From contig CAWHAE010000010.1 of NCBI GenBank assembly GCA_963827235.1, positions 1,015,363 to 1,079,362 on the forward strand: a stretch of 64,000 bases of DNA. The letters are read 5' to 3'. The number at the start of each line of letters is the position of its first letter. Positions within the stretch are counted from its first letter, which is position 1. Positions 28,884-40,162 of the stretch are shown piece by piece. The stretch is from an uncultured bacterium (GTDB lineage: Bacteria; Chloroflexota; UBA5177; JANWHV01). Under the pieces are notes generated by a model. The model was not told the origin of the DNA and did no database searches. It saw only the letters and a program-made list of their open reading frames with translations. Position numbers and translations under genes: made by a program.

Positions 28884-29557
28884 GCTGCGCACGGGCACGC
28901 AAATCTGGGAGGCTTCTTGCTCGTCCGAGCCTCGCCGGCCGAGGCCATGCGTGGGCTTTGTGACACTAGTTCCAACGTCTTGCCACGTAGTGTGTGATGG
29001 TCGCTCTCACCGACAGTGCCTGTGCCGGCCGAGCGGGATTGCAGAGAGCATATGTATCCCCCTGCCCGAGTTTGCCGCCCACGCGCTGCGGTTCTCGTGT
29101 TATGGGCGTCATAGTCCCCGGGCGCATGGGTTGCGGCGGGCAGCTCGTGAATTGGCAGGACGACTGCGGTCCGGATAGCCGCCTCGCGCGCGAACACTGG
29201 AAGGCCTCGCCTACCGCGGCATGATGAGCGTGAGCAGCACCCGGCAGGCCCGAGCGGCGGTGTGCCCAGTAGGGCTGGGCACACTGTCGCTCGAGCGGAT
29301 CGCGGACCCAGCGTTTCGCGGTTGTCATCGCGCAACTTCCTGCAGTTCATCGTGTCAGCGCCGCACCGAGACACACCACTTGGCGCCGTCAAGCGGTCAT
29401 GCGTGCGGCCTTGGTACGGGTTCGATACCCTCGTCGCCCAGCCACGCCAGGATACAGCATGACTGCGATCAACCCTACCAGCGTCCTCGTGTCGTACATG
29501 TCATTCTCCTTGCGGTTCAGCCCGAATGCCGACTCACCCATCGGTTGCTGCCTCGTT

Positions 29558-29762
29558 CCGGGGCCCGGCACCGGCAGGCGGCGCAGCCGGGCCCCGGGGC
29601 AGTCCGCGAGCGGCGCAGGGACCACGCTGCTCAGCGGCCAATCGTCAGATGGTATGTGACTGTTCCATCCCACTTCTGGGATGGATCCTTGCCACCAAGC
29701 TCGATCGTGTGCTGTCCCGCTACCAACGGAGCCAGCATCACGTAGATGCCATCACCCACCGC
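29558..29762 (-). pseudogene. Duplicated 3' end of the secreted-protein gene at 33972-34658
   Basis: Near-identical to 33899-34103. Confidence 0.85.
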
Positions 29763-30483
29763 GGGCTGGGTGCGGATGGCTCTCAGCCCGGACGCCTCCA
29801 TCGCGGCAGTAGGCTACTACGACCGCACCCAGGTGGAGTTGTGGGATCTGCGGCTCGGCAAGCTGCTGCGGCCGGTGATCGAGAACCGGCAAGGTGAGCT
29901 GCGGGATCTTGCGTTCAGTCCGGACGGCAAGACGCTGGCCTCGGTCTGGTCGGACGGGACGGTCAGGCTGTGGGATGTCGTGCACCGACGCCCGTACGGC
30001 AGGCCGCTGACCGGACACATCGGCGCCGTGAATAGCGTCGCCTTCAGCCCGGACGGGAGGCTGCTGGCCACGGGGGGCGACGACTACACGGTGCGGCTGT
30101 GGAAGGTGTCCTGCGCCTGCGCGGACGGAGCCCCGCTGCAGCTGACGAGTTTTGTCAGCGCGGTGGCCTTCAGCCCCGACGGCACGCTTCTGGCGACAGG
30201 AGGCGGTGGGACTACCGTGCAGCTGTGGGATGTCGCGACGCGCCAGCCCTTAGGCCCTCCCTTGCCCGGGCTGTCGCAGCCGGTGATTGCCGCGACTTTC
30301 AGCCCGAACGGCAAGCTGCTCGCGGCCGGCGACGGCAGCGGGAACATACACGAGTGGGACGTGGACCTCGCCTCCTGGCCGGCACGCGCGTGCGAGGTCG
30401 CCGACCGCAATCTCACGGCCCAGGAATGGGCAGAGTACCTCGGCGACCGGCCCTACCACAAGACCTGCCCCGGCGCTCCCTGA
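29763..30483 (+). pseudogene. C-terminal WD40 fragment of an nSTAND1-WD40 paralog
   Basis: About 5 AFSPDG repeats and ACEVADRNLTAQEWAEYLGDRPYHKTCP, matching the end of 35136-39557. Confidence 0.85.
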
Positions 30484-30940
30484 CTCCCGTGTGTCCGATC
30501 AGGAACCACCGGGCCTGGGAGTGTGCGCGGAGTTGAGTCATCGACGCCTGCGGTGCGCCTCGCCCGCGTTCGTCGCTCGTCGCTCGTCGCTCGTCGCCCG
30601 CCAGGCTGAGCCGGCCCGTCCAGGGGCAGATCGCCTGCGCCTACGCTCGCGATCACTGGCTGGTGAGGTTCGGTCATACACGCACTCCTCGAGCGGTCAC
30701 AGCCTCAATCGCCGAGTGTGGCGCAAGGGGTATTACCAACCGCACTGGACGCATGATGGCCCGCCCAGTGTGCATGAGTGGAGTAGGCGGCCGCCCTTCC
30801 CCATGTACACGGCACTCCCGCGGCCCAGTCGCTGGTAGATCACCCGAAGGTTAGTCCGGTTCGTACCTGAAGGTTCGGCCAGTGCCAAGCGTAGCAACGC
30901 TGCGCACCGCTGCTCTGTCGAAGAGTTAGCACGATCCAGA

Positions 30941-30962
30941 TGGTATACTACGGATGTAGTAT
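30941..30962 (+). promoter_or_regulatory. Extended -10 overlapped by an inverted repeat (TA autoregulatory operator)
   Basis: TGG-TATACT at 30941-30949; ATACTAC-GGAT-GTAGTAT at 30945-30962. Confidence 0.65.
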
Positions 30963-30986
30963 GGCGAGATGGAATGAGGTGCCGAG

Positions 30987-31271
30987 ATGGACGAAGGTTA
31001 CGCGGTAACAAGCATTCGATTGCCCAGCGACCTGCGCAATCGGTTCGATGCGTTAGCACGCGCCGCCAAGCGCACGCGCTCGGACCTGATCGTGGAGGCC
31101 ATGACACGGTACGCGGATGCGGAAACGGCATACCTTGCAGCTATCCAGGAAGGGATCGATGACGTCGAAGCCGGCCGACACCGGAGCCTCGAAGACGTCA
31201 CGCAGGAGTGGATCGGCCGTGGCGTGCTGTCGCCCACCTGGAAGGAGGAAGCTGGCGAGGATGTGACATGA
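30987..31271 (+). CDS. CopG/RHH antitoxin
   Basis: TSIRLPSDLRNRFDALA...RSDLIVEAM...AIQEGIDDVEAGR; GAGGT RBS. Confidence 0.88.
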   Translation: MDEGYAVTSIRLPSDLRNRFDALARAAKRTRSDLIVEAMTRYADAETAYLAAIQEGIDDVEAGRHRSLEDVTQEWIGRGVLSPTWKEEAGEDVT

Positions 31272-31552
31272 AGGTTCGGCTCACTGCGCTCGCCGAGAAG
31301 GACATTGAAGCACACGTCCAGCGAGTGCAAGACTACGATGAAGCTGCGGCCAGGCGTGTACGCAGCGCCATTGCCCGCGCTGCTGCCGGCCTCGCTGTAT
31401 TTCCCCTCTTGGGGCGCGCGGGCCGTGTGCCGAACACACGCGAACGGCCGCTCAGCCGGTATCCTTACATGCTCGTGTACCGCATCTACGGGGAACAGAT
31501 CTTTGTGCTGCGTGTGATCCATCAGCATCAGCAGTGGCCGCCAGAGGATTGA
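31268..31552 (+). CDS. RelE/ParE-family toxin
   Basis: MKVRLTALAEKDI...FPLLGRAGRVPNTRE...YPYMLVYRI...VLRVIH; ATGA overlap with the antitoxin. Confidence 0.92.
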   Translation: MKVRLTALAEKDIEAHVQRVQDYDEAAARRVRSAIARAAAGLAVFPLLGRAGRVPNTRERPLSRYPYMLVYRIYGEQIFVLRVIHQHQQWPPED

Positions 31553-31980
31553 GCGAACCGCGCGTCGTGTGACAGAGAGGAGCGGTAGTAGTCGCCGCTG
31601 CGGCTCACCGTCCCTGGTGTCGATGGTCGATGACTCGAAGGTTAGCCCGGTTTGCGCTCGAGGGTCCGGCCAGCACCGCGATTGGCGGCGCTGCGCGCTA
31701 CTGCTTCTCCTCACAGCCAGTGCAATCGAGCGCCGGCAGAGGTGCGATGGAAACTCGTACCAACCTTCAGGTCGATCGCAGCGCGCTGAAGGTTTGGCCA
31801 CGTCAGGCCGCGTCAGAGTGGGCACTGGCCTACCCGTCAGGTTATCTACCATCGCACTCCAGCGGTGAGCAGACACGCAGCCAACAGCCGCGTCGAGCAA
31901 GGGGTGTTCGCCCGACGCGGGGAAGCCAGGGACCGGCGCTGGGCGAGCGCACGTCTGTGTGGCGCGGCGCTGCCCCCGGG

Positions 31981-32466
31981 TTACTGGGCAACCGGCATGG
32001 GGCGCGACTTCGGATTCAGCTCTTCCTGGCTGGGGAGCACGCCCAGTTGCTGGAACGCGCCCAGTCGATCCCATAACCCTCGTACTTCCACGACTTTGCC
32101 GCCGGCGAAGCGGAGAATAGAGAATGCGGTCCAGTGCACGCTCTTGCCTGTTGGGGCGATATCCAGGAACGCACCCCCGGTATGTGTGCCGCGGAACGTT
32201 TCGCACAGCACCACGATGTCGCCTTCCGCCGTCAGCTCTTCGATCGTCCATTTGCCGTCGGGAAAGGTAGTGCGACCCTCCGGGATCCCTTCTTTCATAG
32301 CCTGGGTGCCAGTGGCGGTGCGTACAGTGCTCGGGATCCGGGGGTCAGGCCACAGGGCGATCTCCTTAAAATCAGGGGCGAAGACCTCATCGACGACATC
32401 CACGTTGCCTCGATTGATCTCCTCCACGAAACGGCGGACCAAAGCCTTGTTGTCTTCAGCTGACAT
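31981..32466 (-). CDS. SnoaL-like ester cyclase (NTF2 fold)
   Basis: NKALVRRFVEE, FPD...AEGD, GTHTG...PTGK, WDRLGAFQQLG. Confidence 0.9.
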   Translation of the reverse strand: MSAEDNKALVRRFVEEINRGNVDVVDEVFAPDFKEIALWPDPRIPSTVRTATGTQAMKEGIPEGRTTFPDGKWTIEELTAEGDIVVLCETFRGTHTGGAFLDIAPTGKSVHWTAFSILRFAGGKVVEVRGLWDRLGAFQQLGVLPSQEELNPKSRPMPVAQ

Positions 32467-32634
32467 CTGCTGCTCTCCCTTCCTCTACACGCTTCCGGCC
32501 ATGGGCACGGTTGATAGATCTGGTGCCTCGGCGTGATCAATGCACGACCACCAACACCGCGGCCAGCTTCCTCGAGCTGTGCATGTCCTTCTCCTTCCTG
32601 CACAGCGCCGGACTCAGCGCCGGGAACGCCCTGC

Positions 32635-33327
32635 TCAGCGGCGAATCGTCAGGTGGTACGTGACGTGCCCAGCCATCGGATTAGGAGGGCCGTACGAAGA
32701 ATAGCGTAGGTCGACCGCGTGCCGTCCCGCTGCCAGCGGAGCGAGGATGACCAGGGTGCAATCAGCTACCGCCTTGGTGGTCCCCGGCCCAGGTACGCCC
32801 ATGTAGTTGTCGGCGGGATACGCTAGCGTGAAGAGGGGCGTCTGGAACCGGTAGCGCGTGAGCAAGTTCGTGAGGTGCACCCCATCCACCGTCACGTCAG
32901 CTTCTGTCACTCCATCCATTCCGCTCTTGGCCTGGCTGCGCAGTGCCGCGAAGGTGTCGCCGCCCCCTACCACGGTCGCAGAGAAAACCCCAGCCACGCC
33001 GATCAGGAGCGCCTTGCCGGCAGGCACCGTGCAGGTGCGGGTATCGGTGCCGGTCACCGTCGCGCCGAGGTACCAGACCGGGCCGGACTGGCCCACGGCG
33101 CAGTGCACACCGGTGTGGTCCAACCAGGGGTTCTCGGGCACAGGTATAGCTACACCCCACCGAATGTCCCGGATGAGCCATTCGCCGTACGAGTGGCCGT
33201 ACGGGTGCGCCTGAGGTGGGTAGACGTAGGGCTGCGCGCTCCCCGCTCGCGCGGCAGGCGCCGGCCCCAGGGCCAGCTCGGCGAGCACGACCACCAGCAA
33301 TGCTACCAGCTTCCTCAGGCTTTGCAT
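32635..33327 (-). CDS. Secreted Cys-containing hypothetical protein (paralog A)
   Basis: Signal peptide; NPWLDHTGVHCAVGQSGPVWYL...RTCTVPAGKALL...VTYHLTI. Confidence 0.85.
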   Translation of the reverse strand: MQSLRKLVALLVVVLAELALGPAPAARAGSAQPYVYPPQAHPYGHSYGEWLIRDIRWGVAIPVPENPWLDHTGVHCAVGQSGPVWYLGATVTGTDTRTCTVPAGKALLIGVAGVFSATVVGGGDTFAALRSQAKSGMDGVTEADVTVDGVHLTNLLTRYRFQTPLFTLAYPADNYMGVPGPGTTKAVADCTLVILAPLAAGRHAVDLRYSSYGPPNPMAGHVTYHLTIRR

Positions 33328-33971
33328 GTTCTTCTCCCTCCTCCTCGGCGCCGGGCACTGGAAACCCGGCGCACGGCCATGCTCTCGCGGCCGGCTTCAC
33401 CAGTTGCTCGCTGCAGTCCAGGGGTGGTCAGACAAGAGTAGGCGTCGGCAAGAGCGGAGCGGCCTCGTCGCTCGCGGTGCTTCAGGCGTCGAACCCTTTC
33501 TCGGGCTGCAGGTCAGCGCATCCACTTCGGCCCGATTATAGGCCCGCAGGTGCGCCCTGCCTATGAACAGTAGAGCGCACAGTAGCGTGCACAGTTGCCG
33601 GAGCGGCCACGATAGGCTCTGGGCAGCGCCGTTCCTGCGCGCCGCCACTACCCCCCATCACGCTCTACGCTATGCATCTCCTCACGGCCGCTCACTAGCA
33701 TTGTCGAGCTGGCGACCGCCACGCCAACGATAGCCTCCCTCGCATGGTTATGCATCAGCTCGCTACTGCGGGCACAGGCTGTCGGCCCAGGTCGGCTGTT
33801 CGCCAAAGCGCACGGCAGCACACACGGCCGGGGTGCATGTCCGAACGTGTCGGCAGTGGGAGGAGGATCACAGCGGCCCGCGATCGCGCTGGCGCGCCCC
33901 GGAGCCCGGTACCGGCAGGCAGTGCAGCGGGGCCCCGGGGCAGTCCGCGAGCGGCGCAGGGACCACGCTGC

Positions 33972-34658
33972 TCAGCGGCCAATCGTCAGATGGTATGTGA
34001 CTGTTCCATCCCACTTCTGGGATGGATCCTTGCCACCAAGCTCGATCGTGTGCTGTCCCGCTGCCAACGGAGCCAGCATCACGTAGATGCCATCACCCAC
34101 CGCCTTGGTGGTTCCAGATCCAGGGACGTCGTTGACGTTGCCGGCGGGATAGTGGAAAGTGAAGAGCGGGGTCTCGAATCGATAGCGGGTGAGCAGGTTC
34201 GCGAATTGCACCCCGTCCACCGTCACATCAGCTCTTGTCACCCCGTCCATGTTGCTCTTGGCGCAACTGCGCAGCTCGGCTTCGGAGTTGCCGTTTCCAT
34301 CCGCGGTGTCACACTCCCAGATGGCCGGCGCGATGAGGAGCGCCTTGCCGGGGGGCACCGTGCAGGTCCGGACATCGGAGCCGCCCATGTCGTTGAGGAG
34401 ATACCAGACCGGGCCGGACTGGCCTTCGGCGCAGTGGGCTCCGGAGGTATCCAAGACGGGGTTCTCCGCTTTCGGGATGGCCATCAGCCACTGCCAGAAC
34501 CGCACTTCCCATTCGGTGTACGTGTGGCCAAACGGGCGCGCCTGGGGCGGGAAGACGTGAATCTGCGCGCTTCCCGCCCGAACCGCAGGCGCCGGTCCCA
34601 GTGCGAGGACGGCGAGCATGACCACCAGCAACGCTGCCAACACCCTCATGAGTTTCAT
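33972..34658 (-). CDS. Secreted Cys-containing hypothetical protein (paralog B)
   Basis: Clear paralog of 32635-33327 with a signal peptide. Confidence 0.85.
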   Translation of the reverse strand: MKLMRVLAALLVVMLAVLALGPAPAVRAGSAQIHVFPPQARPFGHTYTEWEVRFWQWLMAIPKAENPVLDTSGAHCAEGQSGPVWYLLNDMGGSDVRTCTVPPGKALLIAPAIWECDTADGNGNSEAELRSCAKSNMDGVTRADVTVDGVQFANLLTRYRFETPLFTFHYPAGNVNDVPGSGTTKAVGDGIYVMLAPLAAGQHTIELGGKDPSQKWDGTVTYHLTIGR

Positions 34659-35135
34659 GTCTTGCCTCTCATGGTTCTAGGCGAATACTGACCGGCCTGG
34701 CCGGCTTCTGCTTGGCTTGCCAGGGCATGTCGTTCCTGATTCCCTCCTATTCTATCCATCACGATGAGCCCCCGCGCCGGGAGCGAGAAGGTCTGTCACC
34801 ATGGCAGCGGCTGGCCGGTTCCACGCTCACTTTGCTCCAAGGTCGGCCGCGCACGCCACACAGGCCGGCACATGAGAGCGCATCTGGATCCACATGATCC
34901 TGTGAGTGACCCCGCGTGAGTCCGGCACCGTCGGGCAGGGCACGTCACAGCCATCGGCCCCGTGAGAATGCAACGGATGATCGCCTCTTGCGCCGGCTTT
35001 CTCAGAGCGGTATGCTCGGAGCGAACGCGGATCCGGTGCTGCTGCCGTGTTGGCGATAGGCGTCTGACCAACAAGGTTCAAAGCGAGAGGGAGCACCGCC
35101 ACCAGGCAGAACGGGCACGGCCGCGTGGAGGCGCT

Positions 35136-38100
35136 ATGCAGCACGGGGACCCGGGTCCCCCCTTCGGGGTGCTGCTGCGACGCTACCGGGAGGCTGCCGG
35201 CCTGACCCAGGAGGCGCTGGCCGAGCTGGCAGGGGTGAGCGCGCGCGGCGTCAGCGACCTGGAGCGCGGGATCAACCGCGCGCCCCGCGTGGATACGCTC
35301 GGGCTGCTGGCCAGGGCCCTCCAGCTGACGGCGGACGACCGCGCCCGGTTGGAGGCCGCAGCCAGCGGCGTGAATGTGCCCGGCGCTGTCGCCCTGGCGG
35401 GCGCCGAAGCGCCAAGCACACCCTCCGCGCCAGACCTGGGGCGAGCGACGCTCACAGCGCGCACGCCGGTCGCCTTCCTCTCGTATGCGGCGGAGGACGG
35501 AACGTTCGTGGCGCGGCTGCGGAGCGACCTCGCCGCGCACGGTATCGCCGCCTGGGCCGATCGCGCCGAGGCGCGGCCGGGAGCCGTCCGGCAGGAGGGG
35601 CTGCGGGTCGCCATGCGCGCCTGCCCGGCGGTGCTGCTGGTGGTCTCGCCCGCTGCCCGCTCCTCGCGCTGGGTCGGCAGGGACCTAAGCCTGGCCGAGA
35701 TGTACAGCCGTCCCATCGTGCCCGTCTGGTCGGCCGGGGAGCAGTGGGCTGACTGCGCGCCGGCAGCGCTGGCCGGCGTGCCCTACGTGGACGCCCGCGG
35801 TGCCCGCTACCCCGAAGCGACCGTCGCGCTCGTGGCCGCGCTGGGCTCGTTCGCCGCGGGCTTTCCCCTGGAGGAGGCACCGCTCGCGATGCCGCCGCCC
35901 GTAGTGCCGCGCAACCCGTACAAGGGCCTGCGCGCCTTCGGCGAGGAGGACACGGGCGACTTCTTCGGGCGGACCATGTTCGTGCAATCGCTGGTGGAGG
36001 CGGTGGCGGCCACCCTGGCCCCGGCGCATGCCGCGCCGCCCCGCCTGCTGGCCGTGGTGGGGCCTAGCGGCTCGGGCAAGTCCAGTTTGGTGCGCGCCGG
36101 GCTCATTCCACGCCTCAAGACTGGCGCTTTGTCCGGTAGCGATGGCTGGGTCTACCTCGATCCGGTTCTCCCCGGCGCCCGGCCCCTGGAGGCGCTGGCC
36201 GTGGCGCTGGCGGGTAGCGGCGAGCGCAGCATCCATGCCCTGCGCGAGGACCTGGGCGCCGAGGACGCCCGCGGCCTGCACCTGTGGGCGCGGCAGCTGG
36301 CTCCTCGCCCCGAGCAGCGGGTGGTGCTGGTGATCGACCAGCTCGAGGAGCTGTTCACGCTCACCACAGACGAGGAGGAACGCCGGCAGTTCATCGACCT
36401 GCTGCTCGCGGCGATTGGCGAGCCGCGTGGCCCGCTGCTTGCCATCCTCACCCTGCGTGCCGACTTCTATGACCGGCCGCTGGCCTATCCCGGCCTGGCG
36501 ACCCTGCTGGAGACGCGCAGCAAGGTCGTGGTGCCCATGAGCGTGGCCGAGATGCGCGAGGCCGTCGAGCGGCCTGCGGCGCTGCCTGACGTGCAATTGC
36601 GCTTCGAGCCCGGCCTGGTAGGCGACCTGCTCTACGAGGTGGCGGGGCAGGCGGGGGCGCTGCCGCTGCTGGAATTCACTCTCGAGCAACTTGTCGCCTG
36701 CCGGCAAGGCGCGTCCCTGACGGCGGCCGCCTACCAGGCGCTGGGCGGGGTGCGCGGCGCCCTGAGCCGGCGGGCCGAAGCCACGTACGCCGCGTTGCCT
36801 TCCGACGAGCATCGCCGCCTGGCTCGCGCTCTCTTCCTGCGGCTGATCGACCCGGGTGCCACCGAGCAGGACACCACCCGCCGGCGGGCGGCGATGAGCG
36901 AATTGACTCTGCCCGAGGAGCGCGAGACCGCCTTGATGCGCGAGGTCGCCGGCGCCTTCGTGGCTGCAAGGCTGCTGACGGCGAGCGAACAGGGCGGGGT
37001 AGGCCAGCTGGAGGTCAGCCACGAGGCGCTGATTCGCGAGTGGGGGCGCCTGGCCGAGTGGGTGCATGAGGCCCGTGAGGATGTCCGCCTGCAGCAGACC
37101 ATCGGCGCGGATGCCGCCGCTTGGGCGCGGCGAGACAGGCCGGGGGACCACCTGTACCGCGGCAGCGCCCTGGCGGAGGCGCGGGCCTGGGCAGCGCGCA
37201 ACACGCCGAGCGCCGAGGAGCAGGCCTTCCTGGACGTGGCCGAGCAGGAAGAGCGCGAGCAGGCGGGAGAGGAACGGGAGCGGCAAACGCGCGAGCTGGC
37301 GCTGGCGCGCGAGGCGGTGCATGCCAAAGGGCGAGCGGCCACGCGCCTGCGCCTGCTGGCCGCGGTGATGGCCCTCTTCCTGGTGGTCGCAGCGGGTCTG
37401 GGCGTGGTCGCCCGCAACAACGCCTCGGTCGCCTCGGATGAACGGACGCGCGCCGTGGCCGCCCGCGATGCGGCGGTCACCGAGCTGGCTCGCGAGCTGG
37501 GTCTGCGGGCCGGCACGATGCTGGATAGCGATCTGCAGGTCGCATTGCTGCTGAGCGTGGAAGCCGATCGGCTGAGCAGTTCGGCGCAGACCCATGCCGA
37601 CCTGCTCCGCGTCATCAACTACAACCCTCGGCTGCTGGCATTTCTCACCGCGCAGGCCAGCCCCGCGCGCAGCGTGGCCTTCAGCCCCAGGGGAGGGATT
37701 GTCGCATCCGGCAGTGACGACGGCACGATACGGCTGTGGGGCACGCGCAGCAGGCAGCCCCTCGGCCCGCCGCTCGTCGGCCATACTGATGCTGCTGTGA
37801 GCAGCCTGGCCTTCAGCCCGGACGGCAGTATTCTCGCCTGGGCGAGCAACGATGGCACGGTACGGCTGTGGAATGTGGCCAGCCGCCGGCTGCTCGCGCC
37901 ACCGCTGGCGGGACAGGGCAGTTCCGTGACCAGCGTGGCCTTCAGCCCCAACGGCAAGATCCTCGCCGCCGGCGACGGTTCCGGCTCGATCCAGCTCTGG
38001 GACGTTGCGGGCCGCCGACCGCTCGGTCCCTCCCTGCAATCGGGGATCTGGTATGTGTATGCCGTGGCCTTCAGCCCGGATAGCACAGTCCTGGCGGCGT

Positions 38101-39557
38101 GCGGCGAAGGCGGGACGATCGCGCTGTGGGACGTGGGGCGCCGCCGGCTCCTCCCGCCCTTGCGCGGCGGGCCCAGCTTCGTGGTGCAGAGCCTGGCCTT
38201 CAGCCCCGACGGCCGCACGCTCGCCGCCGGCAGCGAGGGCGGCGCGATCCTGCGCTGGGACATGGCGAGCCAGCGGTTCTCCGGCCAGGTGTTCGCCGCA
38301 GGCTCCAGCCCGGTGTATGCCATGGCCTTCAGTCCCGACGGCACGATCCTCGCCTCGAGCGGCGAGAACGGGCTTATCCGGCTGTGGGACGCGGCGACCT
38401 GGCAACCGCGCGATCCGCCCCTCACCGGTCATACGGGTCCGGTGGACGGCCTCGCCTTCAGCCCCGACGGCCGGACGCTGGCATCAGCCGGCGACGACGG
38501 CACGATTCGCCTCTGGGACCCTACGGGTGCGGGCGCGTTCAGCCGGGTGCTGGCCGGGCACAGCGGTCAGGTCAATAGCCTGGCCTTCAGCCCGGACGGC
38601 ACGACCCTGGCGTCGGGCAGCGCCGACGCGACCATCCGCCTGTGGAGCGTGACCAGCGGCCGGCCGCTCGGCCCGCCGCTCGCCGGGCACGCCGGTACCG
38701 TGCTGAGCGTGGCCTTCGGTCTGGTCGGCAAGAGCCTGGCCTCCACCAGCGCCGGTCCCGCCACCGGTAGCGCTACATTCCGCCTGTGGAACGTGCATAC
38801 CGGCCGGCCGCTTGGTCCAGCCTTCACTTTGCCGGCAATCAGCAGCGCAGCGTACAGTCCCGACGGCACAATACTGGCCACCGGCAGCAGTGACGGCAGT
38901 GTGCGTCTGTGGGATGTGGCACGCCGGCATCCCCTCGGCCCACCGCTGGCGGGGCACGTGGGTTCCGTGCTGAGCGTGGCCTTCAGTCCGGACGGTCAGA
39001 CGCTGGCCTCGGGCGGCGAGGACGGGACCATTCGCCTGTGGCACGTGGCAACCCGGCAGCCGCTCGGTCCGCCGCTCACGGGGTACACCGGCCCGGTGAA
39101 CAGCCTGGCGTTCAGCCCGAATGGCCGGATCCTGGCCTCCGCCGACTGCGCTATCTGGCTCTGGAATGTGGATCGCCGGCAAGCCCTCGGCGCGCCCCTC
39201 ACCGCGAGCACCAACCCGCTATACAGCGTGGCCTTCAGTCCCGACGGCCGGACCTTGGCCTCCGGCGGCGGCGACGGCGCGATCCAGCTGTGGGACGTGG
39301 CGACCGGGCAGGCCCTCGGTCCGGCCCTCGCCGGGCACGGGGACAAGATCACGAGCCTTGCCTTCAGTCGTGACGGCCGGCTATTGGCCTCCGGCACTGC
39401 CGGGGTGTTCGACGCGCCCCTTCGGCTGTGGTCCATCGGGCCCACGTCCCCGGCGCAGCGTGCCTGCGCGATCGCCAATCGCAACCTGACGGCTCAGGAA
39501 TGGAAGCAGTACCTCGGTGATCTGCCGTACCACAGGACGTGCCCGAACGTACCTTGA
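35136..39557 (+). CDS. XRE-HTH / TIR / nSTAND1 NTPase / TM / 14x WD40 NLR-like protein
   Basis: LTQEALAELAGVSARGVSDLERG; FLSYAAED TIR; RNPYKGLRAF, GPSGSGKSS, IDQLEE, HEAL; TM helix; 14 AFSPDG-type repeats; GGAGG before ATG 35136. Confidence 0.92.
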   Translation: MQHGDPGPPFGVLLRRYREAAGLTQEALAELAGVSARGVSDLERGINRAPRVDTLGLLARALQLTADDRARLEAAASGVNVPGAVALAGAEAPSTPSAPDLGRATLTARTPVAFLSYAAEDGTFVARLRSDLAAHGIAAWADRAEARPGAVRQEGLRVAMRACPAVLLVVSPAARSSRWVGRDLSLAEMYSRPIVPVWSAGEQWADCAPAALAGVPYVDARGARYPEATVALVAALGSFAAGFPLEEAPLAMPPPVVPRNPYKGLRAFGEEDTGDFFGRTMFVQSLVEAVAATLAPAHAAPPRLLAVVGPSGSGKSSLVRAGLIPRLKTGALSGSDGWVYLDPVLPGARPLEALAVALAGSGERSIHALREDLGAEDARGLHLWARQLAPRPEQRVVLVIDQLEELFTLTTDEEERRQFIDLLLAAIGEPRGPLLAILTLRADFYDRPLAYPGLATLLETRSKVVVPMSVAEMREAVERPAALPDVQLRFEPGLVGDLLYEVAGQAGALPLLEFTLEQLVACRQGASLTAAAYQALGGVRGALSRRAEATYAALPSDEHRRLARALFLRLIDPGATEQDTTRRRAAMSELTLPEERETALMREVAGAFVAARLLTASEQGGVGQLEVSHEALIREWGRLAEWVHEAREDVRLQQTIGADAAAWARRDRPGDHLYRGSALAEARAWAARNTPSAEEQAFLDVAEQEEREQAGEERERQTRELALAREAVHAKGRAATRLRLLAAVMALFLVVAAGLGVVARNNASVASDERTRAVAARDAAVTELARELGLRAGTMLDSDLQVALLLSVEADRLSSSAQTHADLLRVINYNPRLLAFLTAQASPARSVAFSPRGGIVASGSDDGTIRLWGTRSRQPLGPPLVGHTDAAVSSLAFSPDGSILAWASNDGTVRLWNVASRRLLAPPLAGQGSSVTSVAFSPNGKILAAGDGSGSIQLWDVAGRRPLGPSLQSGIWYVYAVAFSPDSTVLAACGEGGTIALWDVGRRRLLPPLRGGPSFVVQSLAFSPDGRTLAAGSEGGAILRWDMASQRFSGQVFAAGSSPVYAMAFSPDGTILASSGENGLIRLWDAATWQPRDPPLTGHTGPVDGLAFSPDGRTLASAGDDGTIRLWDPTGAGAFSRVLAGHSGQVNSLAFSPDGTTLASGSADATIRLWSVTSGRPLGPPLAGHAGTVLSVAFGLVGKSLASTSAGPATGSATFRLWNVHTGRPLGPAFTLPAISSAAYSPDGTILATGSSDGSVRLWDVARRHPLGPPLAGHVGSVLSVAFSPDGQTLASGGEDGTIRLWHVATRQPLGPPLTGYTGPVNSLAFSPNGRILASADCAIWLWNVDRRQALGAPLTASTNPLYSVAFSPDGRTLASGGGDGAIQLWDVATGQALGPALAGHGDKITSLAFSRDGRLLASGTAGVFDAPLRLWSIGPTSPAQRACAIANRNLTAQEWKQYLGDLPYHRTCPNVP

Positions 39558-40162
39558 GGGGCGTTGAAGGCTCGGCTCCGCCAAGAGAATGCCAGGCGCT
39601 GAGATATCGGTAGGATGGCCGCGGAAGCCAAGCGAACTCATGTGTGACATCGGCGCCGGTAGTACGTGCGATGTCGCGCTCAACCCATTTCAGACAGCTT
39701 CCAGTGTCTCACGGTGCGCGGCGTGTCGACGCGTATCCATGCATGGAACCGCATGACCTTGCAGCTGCGGCACTGTACATTCGCGCCCGGAGCTGCTGGT
39801 AGTTTGCGGCATGTTGGTTACGGGATTGCAAGAAGTTGCATGTATTCGATTAGCTGCGGACTGCGTTCATCCACAGGTGCAACAACTCCTCGACGCGCTC
39901 AGCAAGGCCGCCGATTTCTCATCGGCCCGCACAGGCTGGATACTGAGCAGGCCTCCATGACGCCGGCCCTGCAGACAGGCCAGGAGCGCGGTCTTGGCGG
40001 TAAGCAACCGGCCGCGCCGCCGGCACCCAATCGCGCCAATATCAACGTCGATCATGCCACGGTCTCCTTTCATGCCCCTTGCTCCGTACGGACCCACGGC
40101 ACGCAACCACCGGCCACGCACAAGGCGCCGGCCCTGGCCTCGAAGCGACTCGTGCCGCCTCC

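Noticed and set aside
37600-39450. Diversity-generating retroelement or template/variable repeat pairs among the duplications
   Set aside because: No reverse transcriptase in the window, and differences between copies are not adenine-specific
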